NCBI GenBank assembly: GCA_973895155.1
Contig: OZ316894.1
Span: 619,968 to 683,967 of the forward strand
DNA from: Marsupella aquatica
Taxonomy: Eukaryota; Plantae; Marchantiophyta
Length of the DNA stretch: 64,000 nt
Reading direction: 5' to 3'
Each line of letters begins with the position of its first letter. Positions within the stretch are counted from its first letter, which is position 1. The notes beneath the pieces were generated by a model. It was not told the origin of the DNA. It saw nothing but the letters and a program-made list of their open reading frames with translations, and made no database searches. Below are positions 38,801-49,808 of the stretch, piece after piece. Position numbers and translations under genes: made by a program.

Positions 38801-39313
38801 TGGATCCCATGACTCACGAATTTCCTGGGTACAGGTTAGAACAATTCCATTCTCATCCGTTGGCTGCACATAGAAACGCATTCCTATGGATGAATTGTAA
38901 CCCATACTGCGAAACGAGTCTTTCAGCTTCTCGATGGAAGAGCTATCTTTCTGCAAAGTACGAACCACCTCCATATGAACCAATCGGCATAGAGGGATTT
39001 GAGGCGGCTCCTTGTCAAATCCACGAGAATCCTTTCCAAAACACATGACATGTTTTGAGATGAGATCAGTCTCTGCGAGTGCGCAGTCCGAAACATCTTG
39101 GATCGCAATCGTGTCGAGGTTCTCCATCTTTCTACGCAGAGATTTAGGAACCAAAACAACGCTAACAGAAGTAGGAGACAACAACTTTGTGGAACGAGTT
39201 ACACGACGTGTATAAACTGAACCAGTAAACGAAGACTGCGAGGATTCAGAATAAGCTCGCTCTTGGTCAAGAACAACACTATACCCTCTGGATGAAGAGG
39301 AGAATACCTCCAT
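35851..39313 (-). pseudogene. Four-exon ParB/Srx-like plus N4/N6 DNA methyltransferase-like fusion gene (3'-truncated, 3 premature stops)
   Basis: Exons 39313-38562, 38439-37106, 36933-36209 and 36118-35851 join in frame through GT-AG introns. ParB-like motifs IPLCRL..VVR..KLKDSF..GY..VFDGNHRL; MTase-like motifs VDAGFIYLPTG, FLSDDGFLAI and VIELVTQPRDIFMDWTAGAGS. Confidence 0.7.
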
Positions 39314-40276
39314 CGTCTTCCTTCCAGAAGCGTACGAACTATCGTACAATGAAATTATGGAACTCTAATCAACTCTCAATGTGTAATATATTCTAGAAGG
39401 AGGGTGGAGTTCAGCGGAACTCTTCAATTAAAGCGAGAAGCTCGTAAGTTTGGCGGATTCCAACGTATGTATGCTGAGAACTTAATTAGCTAAATCAAGC
39501 GGTAGAAGAAGCGTAACACACACGGAACTCAGAAGTTACCGTTAAATGTTACCGTTATGACCGTTTTCCTCCCTCACTCGGAATACTAGTGCCGGGCGCT
39601 ATTATAAACAACTTCCCTTGAAGTAGATAATTTGGATGATTGTCATGGCAGCGCCCGGCACTAGTAAAAACAACAGCTATAGAATAGGTCTTAAATGGTG
39701 CCTCAAATACATAAATTTCATCAAAACAACCCTATATTTAAAGAAATGTCTATTGTTTTAATGGTTTTTGGGAAACATTACTTGCATCCTATACTAGCGC
39801 CCGACGCTAGTGATAACGAGTATTTTTCATCCATAGTTTTAAAAGAATTCAAATTTTCATTGATCATTTCAATCCAATTATTTCATAGTATTGATGGATA
39901 TCTGGAGGGTTTTTTGTATACTAGCGCCAGGCGCTAGTATGGAATATCGAGATTTGGGGCATATTATGTTGGAGACATTTTAGTTAGCGCCAGGCGCTAC
40001 TCAAATTGTTCCAACTATACAATATCTTAGAGTTTGTTAAAGATTTTTGTGGTGTCTTTTTTGGCATTATGTATGCGTCTGACATCCGGACTTATCGGGG
40101 AAAAACGACAAAAATCATTTATGTCGCCAACGGATCCTATGTCGACTATGTTTGATGTCTTATACAAACGGATCTGTTAACGTGAAGTTCCCATGTTCGA
40201 CTGATATAAGCTCCATATTACCATAGACTTTTCTTCCTCAAAACATTACAGCCCTCGTTATTTGTTTTCGATTGCA

Positions 40277-43200
40277 ATGTCTCGGTCCATCGTTCTATCC
40301 CGATTCGGGACTGGAGATATTGTGAGCATCCCCGTCCCTGTGGAAGACACGTACAAGCAGGTCCGGGAGAGATACCTTTGCGGGAGATTTGATTTGAGGA
40401 TGAATGATATTGAGGCCATTGTTCGAGAGCTCAAAACCAGTGATGACATCGAAGATGCAGCAACATTCAATGTGGATGATGGTGAACGGTTTTGGCATCT
40501 ATACGCGGGGATTTTGTACTCACTTCGAGTAAGACAACATGAAGGACCGTCCAGTGTCCCCCAAGTTCCATTTGATGTTGTCAAGATTTCTTCTAGTGAA
40601 GATGGGGATCACACTCCAAGTCCTACGTTGAAAATGAAAGTCCCGCAACATGCTGTCGTTAAAGGTGAGACTCCAGGAAGCTCTAACCAGTTGGAGGTCA
40701 TGTATTGGCGGAGTGCAATGGATACGTTACTCAAATCCACTGGTCATAGCGAGTTATCAAGGTTCATATCAACGGGTGATTTCAGACATGAGCAAGTCTC
40801 CTGTCTGCCAACTAAGTACAACGGGAACGTTGTGTTTGAATTGCCACCCATTGACAAGATGCTCTCTAAAGGCTCTAGGCTTAGGGACATGGACTGTGCC
40901 AAAGATTGCTACATTTGGACACGCATATTTCCAACTACCGCGAACGTTCAGCCAAAAAAACTTTGGCAATTCGGTAAGGTTACCTGTACGAGATTCATTG
41001 AATGTCGGAACAAGTCCTACGAGTACTTCCAAAGGAAGAAGAAGGCAAATGCTAAGGCATGGCAGGGTACTCCAAAGCTTAGTGGTCAGTATGCTGTCGG
41101 ATCTTTTATCGAAGAGGGCGGTGTTGTGTGTCATTATTGTGATCAGATTCCTTTTTGTGTCAAGTACTGCCCTGCCCGTTTGTTCTATATGTACCCACAA
41201 GTATTACTTGATGCGGAAACATGTAGTCATATGTCCCGCCTGGTGATTCATATAGGTGAGCATAACCATCCAAGTAGAAAAACCTTCTGTAGGAGTGCGG
41301 AGAAGATGGCTGAGGATTTAATTAAAAAAAATCATGAAGCCAATCCTCTGGCAAAACCAGCTGGGATCTTGAATTCTGCTACAGAGTCCATAGTGAAAGC
41401 TCTTTGCGAACATGTTGACGACATGGTCGATATCGAAGAAACTGAAATATGGAAGTCTCTGATGGTACTTTCCACTCCCCAGAAGTTTGCATCTCTTTGT
41501 CGGAGCGTTAGGATAGACCAAAAGGGTCGGGGTGAACTTGATTTTCTCTTGCAAATGCAAAAGAAGATTAACCTGTCGTTTCTCTAGAGGTATTTGCTCC
41601 CGGGTCAGGGATGTCAAGACGATAGGCCTCACACCTTTAAAATGACTAGGAAGGGTCACGGTTCCGGTGTGGATCTTTTGAGACAGATGCAACCTGGTGG
41701 AAGACTCGAAGGAGCCTTGGTCAGTTTTGATGTGATGCAGCGTATCACAACCGATTGGTTTACTTTTAGCGCGCATGTCTACAACCATAACTTCCGTGCA
41801 CTTTGTACAATTTTCACATGCGAGTTGAAAGGTGAAGACACTGAGTCTTTCGAAAAGGCTTGGAGAGTTATGATTGAGGTTTGCAAGGAGAATGGATTAC
41901 AGGAGGTTGTCATCCAAGGGTTTATGGCGGACAATGCACAAGCTGGATGGAATGCTGTGCGGAATGTTTTTTTTGGTGGACACCCAGACCCGGAGAGGGA
42001 GCGCTCTGATGCATTTCACTTTTATCAATCTTTCCATCGGCATTCCAAGGAAGGAGTACTCAAAGAATGTCAATCGGAACATCGGAGACTTTGGGAGAAA
42101 CTAAGAAATGCTCCAACATTTGTGGTAGCGTATCGCGTGTCCCGAGAGATTGTGGTTTGGTGGCAATCAGGAAACTGTGTCCCTGGAAAGCTCATGATGC
42201 TACAAAGCTGGATATCCTGGTGGGTTGTTTGATGGTGCCAGTGGGGCAATTTTATTCGAGTGGTATGATATCCATCTCCTCTCTTGTCTTTCATTTCCAT
42301 CAACTTTATATTAGCGCCAGGCGTTGGTATGATTTGCTCGTATTTGAGTCCAGCATGTCCATAAAGTTCTAGAATCATAATCTAAATTGTATTTCACGTA
42401 TGTTATAAATACTTGTCGGAGCCAGCGCCGGGCGCTGGTAATACAATGCTAGTACTGATTATTGCATTCGGACTATGGCAGAGCAAAAGCGCAGAAGAAG
42501 GTGCCTTGATTCCAAACTGTACAGGGTCAGAATCAAGGCATGCGTCTATGAAAGCCTGGCTACAAAGAAAAAAGTTGGTCTTTTTGAAGCATGCAAAGTG
42601 GACCAAAACCGAGCCCTGTCTCAAGTTGCGAGATACAGTGCATATCAAAAAGGGTTGAACAGAGGAAAGGGACCGACTATATGGGAATTAGCGTTCCGTT
42701 CCGCCGATCAAGCAGGTTTGCCGAGGTTATTTGAAGATGCAACCAACATGCTTCTTTCCAACGCGGCGGACTTTGATTTGGAAAGAAGTACTCCCCTTAA
42801 CGGAGATATCGTGACCAAGTCAATGAAGAGAAAGGGACATGCAACTGGGACTGTCTCTCCACAAGACTCCCATCAGCATGACACCGTTCTCATAACCACA
42901 CCAAATACTCGTGGTTTGAAAAGGAAAAACCTAAACAGAACTGACTTTGCCTCCATTCCCTCAAATTCTAATGATCCTGTGACAAGAGTGGTGAATCTAG
43001 GATGGACCATCGAGCGGATCCTCCTTACTGAAGGGACGGGAGGCAGAATTTTGGCGTTTTTTACAAGTGCGATTGGATCTTATTGATGTCTATAACCTGG
43101 GCTGCACAGTGATAGGATCAAGATACACGTGGAGACGTGTCCGGCATGCAAACCTCACCCAGTCTAGACTGGACAGGTTTTACCTTAGTGGTCTTGGAGG

Positions 43201-46200
43201 TTGGATTGCTGGCACAGTGGAGCTAACTCATGATGGGGGCTCGTCACTGTCGGACCATGATCCCATTGTGGCTGTTTTGCGCTTTCAGATTGAGGAGAGG
43301 GATTCGGAAAGAGGTAAGTCCCACTTTTTTAAAGCTAACCCTTACGTACTCCGGGATCCGAAGAATATTGAGCAATTGGAGGCTGCCTGGCGGGCGGGGG
43401 GGGGTGGGCGAGGTGAACCCTCACTTGCGTTTCTCTCGTGCATGTCTGAGACTACGAAAAAAATATATGGAGTTGCAATCCGCACCGAGACAGTCTGAGG
43501 AGGAGTTGAACTTTCTGAGAGATAAAGTGAGAATACTTAAGACTACTATTGTAGATGAATGCTCACTGGATGAACTGACAGAGTTTCTGCAATGGGAGGA
43601 CATGCTTCACGTAGCTGAAGTTGAGACGGCGCACCAGGCCAGACGGTTAGCCAGAATTCGGTGGCTGGGAGAAGGGGAGGAATCAACTAAATTTTACTTT
43701 GCCACAGTCAAGGCTAAAAGAGAGAGAGAAGCTATGAGGATGCTAGTAAAGGAGGATGGATCGGTACTTACAGATTTCAAGGACATCATTGGGGAAGTAG
43801 AGCAGCAATGTGAGGCGCTTTACTCTCCTGGGCAACCATCTGAGGAGGAGCTACTAGAAAGCAGGTGCAATAGGGATAAGCTATTGCGGAGTACTAAATC
43901 GGCATTCACGGCGGCGGAGATACACAGGATGGAGGCACTTCCTACGATCTCCGAGGTGAAAGAGGTGTTGTGGCTTCTCCCGGAGGACAAGGCCCCTGGG
44001 ACGGATGGGCTCACGGCTGAGGTTTACAGAGCCTGTTGGGAGTTCATGAAGGATGATATGGTGGCAATGATACAGGATTTCTGGCTCACAGGCGAGTTGG
44101 CTGCTGAGATCAAGGATGGCCTGATAAAGCTGATACCAAAAAAACCTGATAAAAGATACTTGAAGGACTGGCGCCCTCTGACGATGCTTAACACTAGCTA
44201 CAAAATCCTGGCCAAAGTGATCGCTCTACGAATTAAGCACCTGCTATGTAACCTGATCAGTCCTCAGCAGACCGGGTTTATCCCGGGTAGACATATCTTA
44301 GAGAATATTTCGCTTGCTTGGCTTACAAGTGACTGGGTTCAGAATTGCAGGAAGGGAGCATTATTCCTAAAACTTGACTTTGAGAAAGCATTCAACAGGG
44401 TTAACCACGAGTATCTCTGGGAGTCTATGTTGCTGCTGGGATTTAGTGGTAGGATTGTGAACATAGTTAAAGCCTTGTTCTCTAATGCCAGCTCTCGAGT
44501 ACTAGTCAATGGCTTTCTTAGCAAATATTTTTTGATGTGTCGGGGGGTGAGGCAGGGATGTCCTCTCTCCCCTCTTCTATTTGTGATTTCTACCCAACCT
44601 CTCATGGATTTCTTGGATGCTGAGCTTGCGGCTGGTCGACTTGCTGGTATCCAGGTTTCAGATGTGCTTACAGTGTGCTACAGATTGTTTGCTGATGATG
44701 TGGGGATGTTCATCCCTGCAACAGAGGAAGCGTTTAGGGATGCTACTACGGCTCTGTCATGTTATGAAAGTGCATCTGGTGCTAGGCTGAACTTACGAAA
44801 ATCTGTTATCATCCCACTTGCTTTGGACCTAATTCCAGACTGGCTCAAGGCTACAGGCTGCAAGATTAGTGAGCAAGGTGAAGTGCAGAAGTATCTGGGT
44901 GCTCCATTTGGTATTGGACTCTCAGTGGGTAATTTACATCGCTTCTGCCTGGATAAGGTTGCGGCACGCTTGTCCTCTTGGTCAAATAAATTGTTGTCCT
45001 TCACAGGTCGAACGTTGCTGGTGAAACATGTGCTCATGGCAATACCGATATATCACGTAATATATATGAAGGCCTCGGAAGGGCTGGCAAAGAAACTGAT
45101 TGCGCTGTGCAGGGATTTTCTATGGGGTTATAATCTTGAGGGCGGGAAGAAGATTCCGCTGGTGGCATGGGACAAGATGGCTCGCCCTAAGGTGGATGGC
45201 GGACTGGGGTTTCGTGACTTTAGAAGTCACTCTGATGCGCTACTTACTCAGTGGTTTATGAAGGCCTTGGATTATCCCAACACGGAATGGGCTGGCATGC
45301 TTGCTGGTAATCTGAGTCTTATTGGATGGCTGAATTTCAGGGTGATTAGGCGAAATCACTACACATTTGCAGATAAGCTGCTTTTATGTACTCCAAGATC
45401 TTGCTGCGGGCTGACATACACTTGGGGAATCTGGAAGGCCTGGGAGGCTTTGAGAGCAAATCTTTCCTTTGTCCCAGGGATTGCGGGCTTTCCTGGGAGA
45501 TGGAGTATACAGGACGCATTACGCTGTACACAGGGCTTTAATACTTGGCCTTCGGCACACATAGAGTTCACTGTGGAAATCTGTGGGAGGCTTGGGATAC
45601 GGGTGATTGCCGACTGCTGGAATGCTGAGGCGCACCAATGGAAGGACTTTTCTGGTAGATGGTATTTGCTTCGAGGGTGGGCGCTGGCTCACAGGGACAG
45701 ATGCCATCAGTTTCTACTTGTGATTGGCAGGGGACGCTGCTGCAATGGTGGGCTGGTGTCAGGTGCTCGTTGTTGGCGTTGGCTTGAGATGGGGGTTCCA
45801 CTGAAGAGGTTCACAATTCCTAACAAACACGCGTACCAACTTCTAAGACCTAAGGGCTTGGACTACCAAAGATGGAACAGAATTTGGCTCACCAACTGGA
45901 CGGGGAGGTATGGGGTAAGAGATGGCATGCTCTATGGGGTTCGGACCTGTCCACTAGAGGAAAAACCTTTCTATGGCGAATCATTGTCGGTGGCCTGTTT
46001 ACGGGAGCAAGGGCCCTTACTATTGGTGCAAGTGATGGTATCTGTCGGCTATGCCCTGGGAGGCTTGAAAGTATTCCTCATCTGTTCGTCCAATGTGTGC
46101 ATGCTGCTGAGTGCTGGAGACTATGCTATGACTGCTGCCTGGGAGTTATGTTTGCACCTGGGCAGGATCTTCTAGACAAGGTGGTGGCCTCATTTGGTCG

Positions 46201-47840
46201 CAGTCCATTGAGGGTGGCTCGTCTATTCCTACTGTTTCAAATTGTGTGGATGATTTGGCTGGGACGTAACACACAGATGTTCAAGGAACTTGGGCGCAGA
46301 TCCTTTGATGTAAGATTGGTTCTTTCTGAGACGGTTTCGCACCTGCATGGGGCCTCTCTACGCTTCCCGTCAGGCAGTAAACACATTCGGCTTCTTAGGG
46401 CTAAAGAATTAATTGAAATGGAACGGAGGCGCTGGTTGGTGCGTAGAGATGGACATGTGACTTCGGGCTGATGATGCTTAGAGTAGGTTAGGCTCTTTGA
46501 TTGGTGCTGTGGCTCTGGTGGGCTTGGGTTGGGCTCACCTGTGCGGCTCTGTTTTTTGCTTTTGGGGCTTACCCTTGTGTTATGGCTACAGGCCTTTAGG
46601 TTGCTCATGGATCTGGCTCTTGCTGTCGTTGACTGGCTGGCTGGGGTTGGGCTCTTTACCGGGGCCGTATATGATGTCTGGGCGTGCCCTGTTTTAGGGG
46701 TGCCCTGCTGGCCTCCTGCGGGAGTTGTCCTTTTGTGTTGTTTGCTTCCCCCGCCGTGGGGTTTTCACGGGTTATTTCTATAAAAGTTAGAAAAAATTTC
46801 CAAGGAAGAGTGGTGAATCTCTCTGGTATGGACACATCAGATGGTGATACTGATTCACTGGACAATACCCCTCAAACAACCCGTACAACAAGATCCACAA
46901 AACCTCCGCTCAGTGCACTAGCCTCACTTCAGAATCCACTTTCACGCACAATTGTGCTCGAGAAGGATGTCCCTCTGGGGCAGTGGCAGCTGCGACGGAC
47001 GTCCAAGTATGGAGCAGGTCCCCAGTGTAATGGGACACTCAATGGGAGTTCTGATCACGATGAGTGTCGAAATTGTATCAAGAAGGTTGGCTTCCATTTG
47101 TCTAACGGTGTTGTTGGAATTGCCGTGAAGGGCCATCGTCTCTTCAGGGGCGAACCGATCTCCAAAATGATTTGGTTCTGCCCAAACCAAACCTGTTATA
47201 AGAGTTGTCCGCGTCGTGGTGTTCATCAGCTTCCTCCTCTTCCTGAAATTTTGCCTGTTCTGAAGGGTACGAACCTATCTCCTTCTGAAATCACGTTCCT
47301 CGAAGAGCAAGGACTTGTCTTGGCCCGAACAACAGGATCGAGTCGATCTGCGCCATCTTTGTTTGACCTCAAGATAAATGTGAACGTGTTCCCAGAAACA
47401 ATAAGGTTTTTGGAGCCAAATGTCCGGCTGGGTAGTCGGAATGGGAGGAACTCAAGACCTCGGTCTAATCTCACTGTGGGTCACACTAAGCGAATGGAGT
47501 TTGCACGACAAGAAGAGATGAGTTTGGATGGGGAATGGAATGTTCGGACTGGAAATGCTTTTGGAAAGCAATTTCGAGTTCGAACCCATGAGAACCTTCG
47601 ATCACCAAGCACGTACTTCGTGCAAATCTGTATCTTCCCTGCTTGCTCGTACATGCCTTGTACGAGCACATGTCGTACATGTACGAGCACAAGTCGTACA
47701 TGCCTTGTAAACATCTATACTGGGTGTACATAAATGTTTTCAAACTTGAGGTTGAGGAGTCGACTCTTTGTAGCCAACCAATTTTGACTGTGGGCGAAGT
47801 CAGGCTTGTCTTGGAGAGGCAGAACTTGAATGGTTTATAA
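40277..47840 (+). pseudogene. GCM-like/MULE-type DDE transposase with C-terminal SWIM finger, split by a LINE
   Basis: Cys/His N-terminal domain ending HIGEHNHP; motifs SFDVMQR, GFMADNAQAGWNAV..DAFHFYQS, SESRHAS and GKGP; SWIM-like YFVQICIFPACS..PCKHLYWV. Likely intron at ~42264-42481; stops and frameshifts present. Confidence 0.7.
42999..46805 (+). mobile_element. 5'-truncated L1-like LINE (EN C-terminus, RT, zf-RVT)
   Basis: 15-bp TSD AAGAGTGGTGAATCT at 42984-42998 and 46806-46820. Motifs SRLDRFY, SDHDP, KAPGTDG, LDFEKAF, QGCPLSP, FADD and CRLC..HLF..C. Confidence 0.93.
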
Positions 47841-48531
47841 TAGGGGCCAAAACTTCCGCATAGGTCGTTCAATATAACGGATAGTCACTATTTTGTCTTT
47901 ACCCAACGGATATGTTACTTGTTTTATTCAGTATTTTTTTATTAGCGCCGGGCGCTGCTTTTATTATGTACGCGTGTAGTGTAAGCATTACACTATGTTT
48001 TATTTAAAATGTGTAAGTTGATATCATTTTGTTTTATCTTTCAAGCCACGTTTATTCAATTATTCTGAAATAAATCGTTAGGAGGTGTTTTGTCATTTGT
48101 TTGTCACGGTACTTGGTCCATTTAAGTGAACTCATTTTGATTGAGTTCATTTGGACACTACTCTTCACTTGTTCTGTGGTGGGTCCCACCCTAAGGTTCA
48201 CTTTTTAGCTTGGACGAATAGTGATATTTGAATGAATGTTTCATTGAGTATAGTCCTCATACCGTGTTCAGTTATCTTCCAGATCAAAATGTTGTTGCGA
48301 GGGAGGACTGCTAGTACTCTTCATCCATCGGATGGCACACAATAATTGTTTGTTTTAAACCTAATTCACTTCAGAAAAATTTTGTGATTAGCGTAGTTTT
48401 TCATTCGGACCAAAGGGCTATGGTTGATGCAAAACTGGTAACAGGGAATCGCTTACTGGTAACAGTTATATTTGATTGTTAACAACAAAAAATTTCCTGG
48501 TAACAGGTTTTCTGTTTTCTATTTTCTGTCA

Positions 48532-49626
48532 TGGCTATCATACCCCAGATTGATACAAGAAATTGCATCTTACAAAGAATATCTTCAAACTTTCAAAGTT
48601 AAAGATATTCAAGGTCACTCAAAACCCGTATCATTTCTTTTCTCTATGAGAGATAATGTACCAATATTTCAGTATATGTCCCATGTAAAGCAAGCTTGGG
48701 CTCCAGTTGGAGGAAGGTGCATTTGGGCAACAGATCCGACAACAAATTCTCTTCTTTTACCTAGTGGAGAGCCCTTAGCTAAATCCATTGGAGAGATACA
48801 CAAAAAATCTGAAGAGATTATCCCATTTCTTAACAAGTACCTTGATTTTTTGAGAAGGAGTTGCACTGATGAGACATCTATAGCATATAAGGAAAGATTT
48901 CCTCTTGTGAAATATTGGGAGAGAATTGTGGAGTTGTTGACAAATGGGCTCGCACTAGAAGGGGAGGGAAGTACTCAATTTCCCTTGAAAAATGGATTTT
49001 GGCCTAAGACTAACCACGGCACTGGTTACAAGGTCAACCAACCGGAACAAAGTGGTCCTCCAAGTGAAGATGAGGAGAATGCGGAGATGACGGCTCTTCA
49101 AAATGAGGTCTTGGAAGAGATGGAAGATCAAGCAGCACCATTTGTTGGATCTCGAGCTGAGAGAGAACAAGGACGGTGGATTCCCCTACAGGATATTTGT
49201 GAAGGGAACTTTGTATTTCTTCGACCCGAGGATGACTGGGAGAATAAAAATGGTGGAGGTCATTTTTGGTTGGTGAGAGCTTTGGGTTCGGTGGACCCTA
49301 AGCATGAAGTCCCAACTACATCTCCAACAAACCCTCCTCTGCCTCAACAATATGCTCCAATGTTTCCAGTTGAATGGTGGAGGCCTAAACACTCGAAACT
49401 TGATGTGACTAAGAGTGCACGGTATCTAAACTGCTTCATGTCCACTAAGACATGGGAACAAGATCCAGGGGTTAGTGAGAACGCTCAACATTGGCAATAT
49501 GCAAATTCTGCAATGTATGGTTTTAAATCTGGAATGAAAGAAGAAAACATGGCGGGTAGAGGTTTGAAGATTCCTCGAAATGCTCTACAAACTGTCCAAA
49601 GTTATCTTCAAAGGATGGACAAGTAG
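48532..49626 (+). pseudogene. 3' part of the DUF7869-type transposase
   Basis: PRLIQEIASYK..IQGHSKPVSFLF..PIFQY..WAP resembles the C-terminal region of this family; same strand as 34438-35853. Confidence 0.5.
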
Positions 49627-49808
49627 ACTTAGTTGTTAGAAGCTATAATAATTAAATAGATAGTTACTAGTTTTTATGTAAGATAGTCACTCACTCAAAC
49701 ATAGTAACTTACGTACTAGTTATTTACTATTCTAATAGTTTTAATGTGAGACCATGCCATTGAGTGTTAGGTATACTATCTCCTCATTTTTTAAACTTTT
49801 GATGGTTA

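Larger units (their letters stand above)
36972..47957. promoter_or_regulatory. Eleven dispersed AGCGCCNGGCGCT palindromes
   Basis: Copies start at about 36972, 37063, 38492, 39587, 39650, 39793, 39918, 39985, 42312, 42422 and 47943, each with 0-1 mismatch. All lie in introns, the intergenic region or the 3' flank. Confidence 0.8.
35851..48530. mobile_element. Mutator-like two-gene DNA transposon (left end deleted), nested in the DUF7869 gene
   Basis: Divergent transposase and accessory gene, with shared palindromic motifs throughout. Three CTGGTAACAG subterminal repeats at 48435, 48456 and 48497 sit just before DUF7869-like coding resumes. Boundaries are approximate and no TSD is recoverable. 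Confidence 0.6.
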
